A DNA stretch of 64,000 nucleotides from sequence record OZ035756.1; one strand, written 5' to 3'. Below the pieces are notes generated by a model. That model did not search any database. It saw only the letters and a program-made list of their open reading frames with translations, and was not told where the DNA came from. Origin of the DNA: Tequatrovirus LF73P3. Below are positions 10,022-19,490 of this stretch, piece by piece; the first letter of the stretch is position 1, and each line of letters opens with the position of its first letter. The translations under genes were made by a program, and so were the position numbers.

Positions 10022-10281
10022 AAAAGATTCCTTTTAATGTATCTTTTAGACCATTCTATCATATCATCATAATCTAAAAAGTATTCATCAAATTCAGCCA
10101 TGCAAACAACGCCTTGTGCTGCTTTTGATGTGATATAAATTATTCCAACATATCTAGAATCTTCTTCGGTATAATCAATGTTTGCTATGAATTCATCATT
10201 AATGTCAAATGTCGAAAACTTCACAGTATGCATCCTTAATACAAGATACAGCCATATCTTGTAATGATTTAGGTGTGTCAT
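10018..10281 (-). CDS. Hypothetical protein (87 aa; 46.1 position)
   Basis: ORF overlapping stop of upstream gene by 4 nt (operon-style coupling). Confidence 0.45.
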   Translation of the reverse strand: MTHLNHYKIWLYLVLRMHTVKFSTFDINDEFIANIDYTEEDSRYVGIIYITSKAAQGVVCMAEFDEYFLDYDDMIEWSKRYIKRNLL

Positions 10282-10468
10282 TATCTAAAATGTTGAAGTT
10301 AAAAGATACTGCCCAGTCAGTGCAGACCGTAACCTTTTTAATACAATTATCTTCAACCTCTAGCGGTTCAAACCAATATTCAATAATTTCTTTATGCCCA
10401 ATATCATCTTTTACTTCGCATTCAAAATGCTGACTCATCATAACATTTTTAAATTCATCAAAAGTCAT
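10205..10468 (-). CDS. Hypothetical protein (87 aa; start uncertain)
   Basis: ORF in the 46.1/46.2 interval; overlaps neighbour in another frame, so true start may be internal. Confidence 0.35.
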   Translation of the reverse strand: MTFDEFKNVMMSQHFECEVKDDIGHKEIIEYWFEPLEVEDNCIKKVTVCTDWAVSFNFNILDNDTPKSLQDMAVSCIKDAYCEVFDI

Positions 10469-11484
10469 TGTGTTGCCTCTACATATAACTGATTTGCATA
10501 TTGAATAAGTGCTTCGCGATCAGAATCAGTGATGTCTGGAATTGCATTAATGTATTCTTCCATCAACGTCTGAAGAGATTGAACTTCCACTTCTTCGTTA
10601 TCATCTGATTCGACAGAGTTATCAATCTTTGACACAACTCGTAATGAATGCACAACTTTTTCTAGTTCAGATTCGAACTTCGTTAGATTTTTGTCTACCT
10701 CAGTTACTATAACACGTACTGATAGATTTGTAAAATCTTTATAGTCAATTTTTCCCTTAAATGGATATTGAATTCGACGATGCCAGGTAGTGTTGTTTGG
10801 AATAAATTCCATTCGTTCTGTTTCTGTATCAAACATCCAGAACCCACGAGGGTCATTCTCGTCACCTGCAGTTAGTGTCCATGGTGTCCCAATATATCTG
10901 ACGTTAGCAGCCTCAGAGATAGTATGGAAGTGACCAGACCACACTTCTTTATAAGTCTTAAGGAAATCAGGTTCAAGACCATGAGATTTCATTCCTTTAT
11001 AAAAATAAAATCCATTCAGTTCCCAGTGACCAACACAAAAAGAAGCAGATGAAGTTTTGATGTGTTCAAGAATTTCACCAGTATTTTCTTCACACATCCA
11101 AGGAATTAAATCAATCAAACATCCGTCAAAATCTACTGTAGTAGGCTTATCATATACTTTAACATTAGGATATTTAGCCAAAAGTTCAGTAGAAGCATTT
11201 GGATGCATTACATTTTTGTAGTGGAGATCGTGATTTCCTACAATAGTATGTAATGTGATTCCAGCACCATCAAGCATTTGAACTATTTCACGGGCAAACT
11301 CCATAGTTTTATGCGTGATCGCTTTTCGTACATCAAAAATATCACCGTATTGAATCCATACCGTAATTCCATTTTTCTTAGAATATTCTATCGCTTGCTT
11401 AATTCCATCAATTTGAATACCGCGAATCCACTCATCATCAGCTTTAACGCCTAAATGCCAATCACCTAAATTTAAAATTTTCAT
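10465..11484 (-). CDS. 47: Recombination nuclease subunit gp47 (Mre11/SbcD-like phosphoesterase)
   Basis: 339 aa; calcineurin-like phosphoesterase motifs (LGDWHLG, GDIFD, GNHD). Confidence 0.92.
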   Translation of the reverse strand: MKILNLGDWHLGVKADDEWIRGIQIDGIKQAIEYSKKNGITVWIQYGDIFDVRKAITHKTMEFAREIVQMLDGAGITLHTIVGNHDLHYKNVMHPNASTELLAKYPNVKVYDKPTTVDFDGCLIDLIPWMCEENTGEILEHIKTSSASFCVGHWELNGFYFYKGMKSHGLEPDFLKTYKEVWSGHFHTISEAANVRYIGTPWTLTAGDENDPRGFWMFDTETERMEFIPNNTTWHRRIQYPFKGKIDYKDFTNLSVRVIVTEVDKNLTKFESELEKVVHSLRVVSKIDNSVESDDNEEVEVQSLQTLMEEYINAIPDITDSDREALIQYANQLYVEATQ

Positions 11485-11644
11485 ATATCAAGAACCGTCA
11501 TTGAAATGCAAAATAAAATTATTGAAATAAATCCATCTGGAGTGCTAAAGAACCCAATCCAACATGCTCTAGTGAATAGATAAAATGCAAGAAAAAGTAT
11601 CACATATCCAAGAAATATCATTATATCAAACTCCGTATAAAGCT

Positions 11645-11662
11645 AAAGGGCCGAAGCCCTTT
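11645..11662 (-). terminator. GC hairpin (AAAGGGCUUCGGCCCUUU) at 3' end of alpha-gt
   Basis: Perfect stem, UUCG loop, read on minus strand. Confidence 0.5.
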
Positions 11663-12863
11663 ATTTTGTAATAATGTCAAACTGTTCTTTAAAACAGAAG
11701 CTTGAATCTTGATGCTGATACAAAAATTCATATGCTTTTTCTCGCTCACGGTCATAAAGAGCTTGGTCAGATGACAGTTCTTTAATACGTTCAAATGTTG
11801 ATTCCATATCATTTTCATCAAACCAAACGATACCGCTATCATGCGAAATTAGCGGAGTATTATCAACACGGAATTTTAAATTTTCGCCCGTAGATTTCCA
11901 AAATACTGGAATTGTTCCACATGCACCAAGCTCGAGATGAGTATATTCTAAAGAACGTTGTAGATATTTTTTATCTAATTTACTCAGCTGATAACCAAAT
12001 CCGGATTTACTCATGCGTTCAAGCATTTCGCTATTTACATAACGATCAAGAATTTGCGTTGGCAAATTAGGAGCAATTTTAATTTGGTCTACTTGATGAA
12101 GACGATAATACTCATATGGAATTCCTTTTTCTTTAATAGGAATGAACGCAGGAGAACGTTCCAGACCTTCCATAATAGTACTTAGCCCAGCAGGTTTAAG
12201 ATGTTTTTCGTGAAAATCAAACATCTGATAAAAACCTTTCCATGTAGTCGTACGACCAATCCAGCGGTTGATATTCATGTTAATTTCAGAAACATCTTTC
12301 CAGTAGGTTGATCGAACCTTCGCGATATCCATAGGAGGCTGAAAGTTGTATACGGTCGGTGCTTCTTCAATATCATCAAACAGAGAAACAGTTTCTGGAT
12401 ACCATTCTTTCATCAGAACTTTATTAAAATCACCATTATCAGAATGACTAAAAATAACATCAGCTCGACGAACAGTTTCTTCTAATCCCAAATTTCGACG
12501 CAAAGAAAGAGAAGAATGGTCATGTTGATAAACTACAACACGAACAGAAGGTTTAATGTTATCAATAATTTTTTTATAGTTATTAATAGGGTCTTCTTCA
12601 ACCGAAGTAGCAGGAACTGAATTGATAATTAGAATATCACAATCATTTACCAGCTTAAGTGTTTTATCGTATTCTTTTGCCAATAAAACCGGAATTGAAA
12701 ATGATTTATAATCATGTGCACAGTTACGAGTAAATGATTTATCTTTAGCATAAACCAAAGTTACTTCATGACCATTTTTAATAAACCAATCACGCTGCTC
12801 GAGAGAAAATTTAGTTACGCCGCAACCTTCAAGACCTCGAGCCATAAAAATGCATACTTTCAT
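11661..12863 (-). CDS. a-gt: DNA alpha-glucosyltransferase
   Basis: 400 aa, same size and position as T4 alpha-gt downstream of 47; assignment by synteny and length. Confidence 0.75.
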   Translation of the reverse strand: MKVCIFMARGLEGCGVTKFSLEQRDWFIKNGHEVTLVYAKDKSFTRNCAHDYKSFSIPVLLAKEYDKTLKLVNDCDILIINSVPATSVEEDPINNYKKIIDNIKPSVRVVVYQHDHSSLSLRRNLGLEETVRRADVIFSHSDNGDFNKVLMKEWYPETVSLFDDIEEAPTVYNFQPPMDIAKVRSTYWKDVSEINMNINRWIGRTTTWKGFYQMFDFHEKHLKPAGLSTIMEGLERSPAFIPIKEKGIPYEYYRLHQVDQIKIAPNLPTQILDRYVNSEMLERMSKSGFGYQLSKLDKKYLQRSLEYTHLELGACGTIPVFWKSTGENLKFRVDNTPLISHDSGIVWFDENDMESTFERIKELSSDQALYDREREKAYEFLYQHQDSSFCFKEQFDIITK

Positions 12864-12914
12864 TTAATATCCTCATTGTTTTGGTTTATTTTACCAAAAA
12901 TTTATAAAGCAATA

Positions 12915-12932
12915 TAGGAGCCGAAGCTCCTA
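12915..12932 (-). terminator. GC hairpin (UAGGAGCUUCGGCUCCUA) upstream of alpha-gt
   Basis: Stem-loop followed by U-rich tract on minus strand. Confidence 0.45.
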
Positions 12933-13278
12933 TCCGCATAATACACCATACAGAGGCTCATTAGAGCTTCTAAATTTTATACGCTTATATGTTATAGTTC
13001 CTTCCGCTTTAGCTTTATCATGCGCCTCTTTAAAGCGTCTCATCATTTCTACTTTAGAGGAACGAATTTTATTATAATCTATTTCAGAAGTCTGGGTGTT
13101 CATCTTTCACAGTTGCCACCATTTTTTGACTTGATAGGAATCAACCCACACTTTCATATTAGGGTCTGCTCTTACAATAGGAGGATTAACTTCTTTAATT
13201 GAACTATCATGGTATTCTTTTTCAGAAATTTTCACACAAAGATGCCCATTCAAAGATTCAGTAAATCCTGCATTAATT

Positions 13279-13596
13279 TTAAGACGCTTGAATTTTACGT
13301 GTGTAAGCATCAATCATATCCTCAATCTGCGATCTAGTAGTCTTCCAAAGAATACTAATGAGTTCATCGTTATATGGCTGTTTTAGAATATCCCGACTTT
13401 TCTTGATAGCATATTCGTATTGAGCAAAATTATTGTTTTCAGCTGCAATCTGAGCGTGCTTATAAAGACGGTTCAGTTCGCGTTTGTTTTTAGACAATAA
13501 CTTATTTGCTTTTCTTTCTGCTTCAAGACGGTTCTTTTCTTCAATAGAAGAAATAAGCTTTTCCACTTCATCATTAATTTCGGGTTTATCAGTCAT
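13279..13596 (-). CDS. Hypothetical protein (105 aa)
   Basis: ORF with strong coding periodicity; charged, helical. Confidence 0.45.
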   Translation of the reverse strand: MTDKPEINDEVEKLISSIEEKNRLEAERKANKLLSKNKRELNRLYKHAQIAAENNNFAQYEYAIKKSRDILKQPYNDELISILWKTTRSQIEDMIDAYTRKIQAS

Positions 13597-13597
13597 A

Positions 13598-13816
13598 TTA
13601 TTTCTCTAATATAAAATAAAAATCATCATCTGTTAAATGATACCGATAGTTTAATTCTACACCATTAGATTTAAAAGCGGTATCATACGGATTTTCTGGA
13701 TCAATATCAATGTCAAGAGCTAAAACTTCCCTGAGATACATTTTAAGTAAATAGGGAATAGCTTCAACTTCAGGTATTTCTTCCAAGAATCCGGAGAGGT
13801 TAATCGTTAGCCTCAT
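13598..13816 (-). CDS. Hypothetical protein (72 aa)
   Basis: ORF directly upstream of previous; start overlaps gene 55 stop. Confidence 0.45.
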
Positions 13817-14363
13817 ATAAAAAATCCAAACTAGGAGAATCGTCTACAACACTTTTCTTTTCAGCCCCCGGTGTTCTATAGGTTGATTCTTCGTAATGCG
13901 TCATTTTATCGTAGATGTCTTGAATAAAAGTTTCATCTACTAACGCAACCATATCGTCGTCACGACTGTCATAGACATTGTGAACGAAGTAACTATATTT
14001 CTTTGCAACTTCCTTACGTTCTTTTTTAATACGTTGGACGAATGCATTAAAACAAGCTTGAGTTATATATGCATGTGGGTTTTTATATTTCGTTTCATCA
14101 AAATTATGAAGCCCCTTAATAGAAGCTTCTATACCATCTGCAATCATTTCTTGTTTCCAGGATTGGGTGTATCCTGAAAAGTTGAAACGTTTAGATAAGC
14201 CTTCTGCAATAAGCATAATGGCTAATCCGATAGTATCATTCTGACGAACTACTTTATTTGGGTCTTTATTATTTGCTAATTCTGTTTTCCAATCAATAAT
14301 AGCTTGTAAAAGCTCTTTATTGTTTACGTAATTATATTTAGGCTTAGTTTCTGACATTTTCAC
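13800..14363 (-). CDS. 55: Late-transcription sigma factor gp55
   Basis: 187 aa; sequence matches T4 gp55 as I recall it ([26 protein letters not shown]...). Confidence 0.88.
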
Positions 14364-14380
14364 CTCTTAGCTCAATTCAT

Positions 14381-14425
14381 AGATCTATTATATCATAATA
14401 TTTGAAGATCTATCTTAAAGCATAG
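14381..14425. promoter_or_regulatory. Inverted repeat (ATAGATCT ... AGATCTAT, 17-bp spacer) upstream of gene 55
   Basis: Read directly: catagatctattatatcataatatttgaagatctatc; adjacent MotA-box-like TGCTTTA on minus strand. Confidence 0.35.
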
Positions 14426-14435
14426 AGGATATCAG

Positions 14436-14705
14436 TTATCTAAGTAAGCAGTATGCTTGGAACACTTTCTCCATCATCTTTTTAAATTCATGAATATCTA
14501 TGTAATGACTAGTTAAATCAGCATGATATAAAAAGTCTAAAAACTTTTCATGTGTGCTAACATATTCGCTTTCATTTAATTCAGAAACATGGCTTTCCCA
14601 ATATCCAACACCAGTCTTATTTGGGAAAAATGAAATTTTCATATATTGGTCAACATAGAAAATTCCATAATTTTCAATAGTAATAGAAATATTAATAAAT
14701 TTCAT
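14436..14705 (-). CDS. Hypothetical protein (89 aa)
   Basis: ORF in 55-nrdH interval. Confidence 0.4.
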   Translation of the reverse strand: MKFINISITIENYGIFYVDQYMKISFFPNKTGVGYWESHVSELNESEYVSTHEKFLDFLYHADLTSHYIDIHEFKKMMEKVFQAYCLLR

Positions 14706-14917
14706 ACATTCATCAACTTAGCCGCTTCAAGAGCTGCATCTAACGAATCAAATTGGTCGACGTATTCAATCAATTCGCCGTAATTAGCGTATAACCACCA
14801 TTGACTAAATTCATACTCAAGGATGAATCCATTTCCTTCAATTTGAGTTAAACCAATGCCATTTGTATTTACTTCATATCCGGCAAGACGCAAATCGTTA
14901 ATAAGAGCTTCGTTCAT
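14702..14917 (-). CDS. Hypothetical protein (71 aa)
   Basis: ORF in 55-nrdH interval, overlapping stop/start with neighbour. Confidence 0.4.
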   Translation of the reverse strand: MNEALINDLRLAGYEVNTNGIGLTQIEGNGFILEYEFSQWWLYANYGELIEYVDQFDSLDAALEAAKLMNV

Positions 14918-14919
14918 AA

Positions 14920-15246
14920 TTATGCCTTAGTAATTTTCAGGTCAGCAAATTTTTTCTTGCGTTGATTTTTCATACGACGAATAGTTTTATCAGAAATTTC
15001 ATGCTTTTGATAAGCTTTAGATTCTACGCCAAAAGCTTTAACATCAAATTCTGACAAGATATATTGAACCAACAATTCACGGACAGTATTGCGCCCAATT
15101 TTCTGATCATTTTGTTTCATCGTCTGATGAAGCTCTTTTTCCCATTTATCCAAAATTTGAGGAGTTACAATATCGCCTTTTTCTAGCAAAGAAACCACTT
15201 TATCATATGCGTAAGAATTGATGGCGTTTTTAATTTGAATAGTCAT
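14920..15246 (-). CDS. Hypothetical protein (108 aa)
   Basis: ORF in 55-nrdH interval. Confidence 0.4.
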   Translation of the reverse strand: MTIQIKNAINSYAYDKVVSLLEKGDIVTPQILDKWEKELHQTMKQNDQKIGRNTVRELLVQYILSEFDVKAFGVESKAYQKHEISDKTIRRMKNQRKKKFADLKITKA

Positions 15247-15284
15247 ACATTATCCTCAATTGCGTTAAAATTTTATTATCCAAA

Positions 15285-15300
15285 AAGGGCCGAAGCCCTT
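15285..15300 (-). terminator. GC hairpin terminator (AAGGGCUUCGGCCCUUUUUGG)
   Basis: Hairpin plus U-run on minus strand. Confidence 0.6.
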
Positions 15301-15499
15301 AGCTAAACTGTTTGGCGCCCTTCCAGCCTTCGTACATCATTGCGGCTGATATTAATATTGCTCCTGAGCAACTTGAATATTTGTGATTCCAAAACCAGTT
15401 TAGAAAAACTTCGTCATCAATACCTTGGGCTATCATATTTTCAAAGAACTGACGACGAGCTTCAGCAATTCGTTGCGATAATTTAGATTCAGGATTCAT
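15299..15499 (-). CDS. Hypothetical protein (66 aa)
   Basis: ORF in 55-nrdH interval. Confidence 0.35.
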   Translation of the reverse strand: MNPESKLSQRIAEARRQFFENMIAQGIDDEVFLNWFWNHKYSSCSGAILISAAMMYEGWKGAKQFS

Positions 15500-15715
15500 T
15501 TAAATTTTCCAGTTACCATTTTCATCAATAAATTTAATCCAGTCATTTACTGACCACTTGGTCGTATCGCCCTTTGGAGCAACATTTAAAGTGTATAATC
15601 CCTGTTTAAAAAGCATGCGTTTGATATTCATATTTTCCTCAGCTGTAACGATAGCACTCGTTTGATTTACGCTTAGCAACTCGTTGAGAAGTATTATAAT
15701 CAAAATCATCGTCAA
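15500..15715 (-). CDS. Hypothetical protein (71 aa)
   Basis: ORF in 55-nrdH interval. Confidence 0.35.
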   Translation of the reverse strand: MTMILIIILLNELLSVNQTSAIVTAEENMNIKRMLFKQGLYTLNVAPKGDTTKWSVNDWIKFIDENGNWKI

Positions 15716-15925
15716 TGTAAACTGATTTTTTCAACTTTCTTACTTCACCACGTAATTGGCGATTTAGCTCATCTTTAACTTCTGAATCAATGCCTTTCAT
15801 TCTACGCCATTTATCAGAGCGAAAAATGTTTTCGACCATATCTTTATGACTTACACCATCAGGAGCTTTACGCTTTCCGAAATAGTCATAATCACGAACT
15901 TTCAAGTCTTTACGACGATACGTTT
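15639..15925 (-). CDS. Hypothetical highly basic protein (~95 aa from internal Met)
   Basis: Lys/Arg-rich ORF (MGKTYRRKDLKVRDYDYFGKRK...); start trimmed because track ORF 15639..15977 overlaps the next gene. Confidence 0.35.
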
Positions 15926-16107
15926 TACCCATGGAGTTTAATTTCCTTAGCAACTGAACTAAATACAGCACGGTCACAAATCATCTGTTTATGTAACTTG
16001 AGTATAAGATAATAAACTTCAAAACCGTTTACATAAGTAACACGAACAACATTACCATTAATAAAATAATATTGTCCCTTTTTAATTTCTTTATCAACCA
16101 CAACCAT
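15925..16107 (-). CDS. Hypothetical protein (60 aa)
   Basis: ORF directly downstream of early promoter at ~16140. Confidence 0.35.
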   Translation of the reverse strand: MVVVDKEIKKGQYYFINGNVVRVTYVNGFEVYYLILKLHKQMICDRAVFSSVAKEIKLHG

Positions 16108-16136
16108 ATCAAATCCTCAAAGGCAATTCATGTGTT

Positions 16137-16170
16137 AATAATACCACAGTTTGAACTTCTTGTAAACAAC
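16137..16170 (-). promoter_or_regulatory. T4-type early promoter
   Basis: Minus strand GTTTAC-18 nt-TATTAT. Confidence 0.55.
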
Positions 16171-16246
16171 TTTGTGAAAATTATTTTAGGGAATGATAAG
16201 AAGGGAACGATAGCTTAGAATGGTAATATACAGAATGTGAGAAAGA

Positions 16247-16266
16247 AAGGCCCAGAGGGCCCGTCT
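16247..16266 (-). terminator. GC hairpin terminator after nrdH-like gene
   Basis: Minus strand GGGCCCUCUGGGCC followed by UUUCUUUC. Confidence 0.5.
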
Positions 16267-16580
16267 TAGTCTTCTATGATATCTCTATCATATCCAAGTG
16301 AAATGAGAGTTTCTTTGAAGTGTTTAATGTTCTTTTGTCTAGAATCATTAATGAAAATGACTGGATAACGAATGTTAAGAGATGTAAATCCAGCGCGTTT
16401 AGCAAGAGATACAATCAGTGGACGATCATACTCGATCTTACCATTATTTGTAAGAACTTTATAGAAAGTAAAAGGAGCATTGAGCTCCTTTAGAAGTTTT
16501 GTAACTGATTGACATCCAGGACAACGACCAACTTCATCTGGAATTCCATAGACTTCAATCTTATTCTTTAAGTTCGAGTT
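16266..16580 (-). CDS. nrdH: Glutaredoxin-like NrdH-type redoxin (CPGC active site)
   Basis: KIEVYGIPDEVGRCPGCQ... thioredoxin-fold CxxC; start uncertain (track ORF extends to 16718 in overlap with upstream ORF). Confidence 0.55.
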   Translation of the reverse strand, partial: NSNLKNKIEVYGIPDEVGRCPGCQSVTKLLKELNAPFTFYKVLTNNGKIEYDRPLIVSLAKRAGFTSLNIRYPVIFINDSRQKNIKHFKETLISLGYDRDIIED

Positions 16581-16872
16581 TTGTTCCACGAGAAATAATT
16601 CCTTGATAAGCCCAATATGGCGGGTTAACAGAATCATCGCCAGAATTTTCTTCAGGAAAATAAACCTGGATAACAAATCCAGATTCATCAAAGGTAAAAT
16701 AAACCGTAGGTAATTCACCTAACAATTCAGCACGATTATTAATTTCTTCGAGTTCTCGTTCACGTCCGGCCCAAAAACTAGGATTTAGACTACATTCATA
16801 GAAATAATAGTCATTACCGAACATATCAAAACCATTCCAACTCTCTACCACATACCGCTCAAAACTAATCAT
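16561..16872 (-). CDS. Hypothetical protein (103 aa)
   Basis: ORF from the six-frame track; I could not reproduce a clean 103-codon frame when counting bases, so boundaries may be off by one. Confidence 0.35.
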   Translation of the reverse strand: MISFERYVVESWNGFDMFGNDYYFYECSLNPSFWAGRERELEEINNRAELLGELPTVYFTFDESGFVIQVYFPEENSGDDSVNPPYWAYQGIISRGTKLELKE

Positions 16873-16874
16873 AA

Positions 16875-17090
16875 TTAAGCCTTTTTATCAAGAACAGCAT
16901 TCAGTTTGTTAGTAATTTTATCCAGACGCTCATTGAACTCGCTAGAAGACAGTCCTTTTTCTGGAGAAATCAAACTAATCACGAAAAATATAGCAATAAA
17001 AGGAATAAGGAAAATAGCTCCAACTGCCATAAACAGAAAGAATGTTACAGTTGTAAGAAAATCAGCTAAACCTTTGCGAAATTTATACAT
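16875..17090 (-). CDS. Small membrane protein (71 aa)
   Basis: Single long hydrophobic helix (VTFFLFMAVGAIFLIPFIAIFFVISLI). Confidence 0.4.
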   Translation of the reverse strand: MYKFRKGLADFLTTVTFFLFMAVGAIFLIPFIAIFFVISLISPEKGLSSSEFNERLDKITNKLNAVLDKKA

Positions 17091-17205
17091 ATTTTACCCT
17101 TAATTGATTAACCAAGCATTGATAAGCACTAAACTATATTGTGAATAAAATTCTGGACCAAAATGAAAAATCATATCATTTATAGTGTCCATGATATAAT
17201 TCAAT

Positions 17206-17676
17206 TTAATCATGTTTCCACACCCCATCGGTATTTGACCAAAGTCGCTGATTATCTGATCCTCGCCACAGCTTTTTGGTCGGAAGATTTTTCTCATACT
17301 TCCCATCAATAATAACATCAACATATTTAAGCATTTCTAGTTGTTTAATATCTTCAAACTTATATCCTGTCCACACCCAAATGCTTTTATTCGGATAAAG
17401 ATTTTTTACTGTTTGAACAATGCAATGAACAACATCTCGGTTATCAGGATAAAGAGGGTCTCCTCCAGTTATAGTTAATCCTTCTATATAATCATTATTC
17501 AAACATTTAATTAATTGTTCCAGTGTTTCACCAGTGAATGGAACGCCATTTCTAGCATTCCACGTTGATTTATTATAACACCCTTCGCATTTATGCAAAC
17601 AACCTGTAACGAAAAGAACGACCCTGCATCCAGGGCCATTCACAAAATCGCAGGGATAAAATCTATCGTAATTCAT
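17206..17676 (-). CDS. nrdG: Anaerobic ribonucleotide reductase activating protein NrdG (radical SAM)
   Basis: 156 aa with Cys cluster CLHKCEGCYN typical of NrdG activases; overlaps nrdD start. Confidence 0.88.
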   Translation of the reverse strand: MNYDRFYPCDFVNGPGCRVVLFVTGCLHKCEGCYNKSTWNARNGVPFTGETLEQLIKCLNNDYIEGLTITGGDPLYPDNRDVVHCIVQTVKNLYPNKSIWVWTGYKFEDIKQLEMLKYVDVIIDGKYEKNLPTKKLWRGSDNQRLWSNTDGVWKHD

Positions 17677-19490
17677 TGGTGTTTAACCCTATGCATGATT
17701 TCTTTATTTTTGCCGAGATTAAATCCGCGCTCGTTCGGATTTCCCAAATAGCCGCATGTTCTTCTTATTGTGTTCATCTTTTTAGGATCAGTTTCTCCAC
17801 AAATAGAACAAACAAATCCGTTTTCAGTAGGAGTCATTTCATGGGTACTTCCGCATGTAAAACATTTATCTACTGGCATGTTAACACCAAAATAATCTAA
17901 ATGTTGTGCGGCATAATCCCATACAGCCTCAAGACCTTTTAGGTTATTTTTCATATCAGGAAGTTCAACATAAGAAATGTGACCGCCTGTTGCAATGAAA
18001 TGATATGGTGCTTCGCGAGAAATCTTTTCAAACGGAGTAATATTTTCTTCTACTGAAACGTGGAAACTGTTAGTGTACCAGCCTTTATCAGTAACATCCT
18101 TTACACTTCCATATTTTTCGGTATCAAGTTTACAGAAGCGATAGCACAGGTTTTCAGCAGGTGTAGAATACAAACTAAAAGCAAAACCAGTTCTTTCAGT
18201 CCACTGCTTAAGACGAGCATTCATTTTAGTTAAAATTTCCTGTCCAATATCACGACCGACAAGAATATTCAATTCATGAATACCAATGTATCCTAAAGAC
18301 ACCGAACTTCTACCGTTTTTAAATAACTCAATTATGTCGTCATCAGGTTTAAGACGAACCCCGAATGCACCTTCTTGGTAAAGAATAGGAGCTACAGTTG
18401 CTTTAACTCCTTTTAAGGAACTAATTCTACACATCAAAGCTTCAAAACACAGATCCATTCGTTCATTGAACAATTCGGCAAATTTCTGTTCATTGAACTG
18501 TGTTCCAATATAAGAATCTAATGCAATGCGAGGAAGATTCAGTGTTACAACACCAAGATTATTACGTCCATCAAGAATTTCATTACCAGTCGAATCTTTC
18601 CATACACTCAAGAAACTACGACAACCCATTGGAGAAACAGGAATAGATGAACCGGTGATAGCTTTATTGTTCTTAGCCGAAATGATGTCAGGATACATTC
18701 TTTTGCTTGCACACTCTAGAGCAAGCTGCTTAATATCATAGTTTGGATCGTCTTTATAAAGATTAACACCTTCTTCAACGAACATAACAAGCTTAGGGAA
18801 AATAGGAGTTATCCCATCGCGACCAAGGCCTTTAATACGATTTTTCAGAATTGCTTTCTGAATCATTCGTTCAGTCCAGTCAGTTCCCGTACCAAACGTA
18901 ATTGTTACAAAAGGCGTTTGTCCGTTTGAACTAAAGAGAGTATTTACTTCATATTCATAAGCTTGGAATGCATCGTATACGTCTTTTTCTGTTTTAGATT
19001 GGGCATAATTCAATGCATCAGCGATTTGCCATTTTTCTGCATCCTCAATATGTTTTGCATAGGTGCGTTTAACATAAGGAGAAAGTACTTTATCTACATT
19101 CGCAAAAGTCGTTCCGCCATATTGATGGGAAGCAACCTGTGCAGTAATTTGTGCCATAATTGCAGTGGCAACGCCGATTGATTTAGGAGTTTCAATCTGT
19201 GCATTACCTAATTTAAATCCATTCTCAAGCATCCCCTTTAAATCGACTAAACAGCAATTAGTAAATGGAAGAGCAGGAGAATAATCAATATCATGCACGT
19301 GAATGATTCCGCTTTCATGCGCATTCATAATAAAAGACGGGACCATATTTTTGGCAATGTGTTTAGACACAATACCAGCCATAAGGTCCCGTTGAGTTGG
19401 AAAAACACGAGAATCTTTATTAGCATTCTCGTTTAAAAGGTCTTTATTAGTTTTATGAATCAATCCTTCAATTTCTTTTTCAATTGTCAT
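17673..19490 (-). CDS. nrdD: Anaerobic ribonucleoside-triphosphate reductase NrdD (glycyl radical enzyme), uninterrupted
   Basis: 605-aa continuous ORF; C-terminal zinc ribbon (CFTCGSTHEM...CSICGETD) and glycyl radical motif RTCGYLGNP; no intron visible. Confidence 0.93.
   Translation of the reverse strand: MTIEKEIEGLIHKTNKDLLNENANKDSRVFPTQRDLMAGIVSKHIAKNMVPSFIMNAHESGIIHVHDIDYSPALPFTNCCLVDLKGMLENGFKLGNAQIETPKSIGVATAIMAQITAQVASHQYGGTTFANVDKVLSPYVKRTYAKHIEDAEKWQIADALNYAQSKTEKDVYDAFQAYEYEVNTLFSSNGQTPFVTITFGTGTDWTERMIQKAILKNRIKGLGRDGITPIFPKLVMFVEEGVNLYKDDPNYDIKQLALECASKRMYPDIISAKNNKAITGSSIPVSPMGCRSFLSVWKDSTGNEILDGRNNLGVVTLNLPRIALDSYIGTQFNEQKFAELFNERMDLCFEALMCRISSLKGVKATVAPILYQEGAFGVRLKPDDDIIELFKNGRSSVSLGYIGIHELNILVGRDIGQEILTKMNARLKQWTERTGFAFSLYSTPAENLCYRFCKLDTEKYGSVKDVTDKGWYTNSFHVSVEENITPFEKISREAPYHFIATGGHISYVELPDMKNNLKGLEAVWDYAAQHLDYFGVNMPVDKCFTCGSTHEMTPTENGFVCSICGETDPKKMNTIRRTCGYLGNPNERGFNLGKNKEIMHRVKHQ

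Noticed and set aside
11621-11842. Minus-strand ORF 11621..11842 (73 aa) overlapping the 3' end of alpha-gt
   Set aside because: Lies in an alternative frame of alpha-gt and runs through the terminator hairpin; not an independent gene.
16561-16872. Apparent one-base inconsistency between the six-frame track and my manual base counting around 16561..16625
   Set aside because: Most likely my own indexing error when counting characters; not treated as a frameshift or pseudogene signal, but coordinates of small features may be off by 1-2 nt.
17100-17324. ORF 17100..17324 (74 aa) overlapping nrdG
   Set aside because: Out-of-frame overlap with the nrdG 3' region; nrdG has clear radical-SAM motifs, so this ORF is probably spurious.
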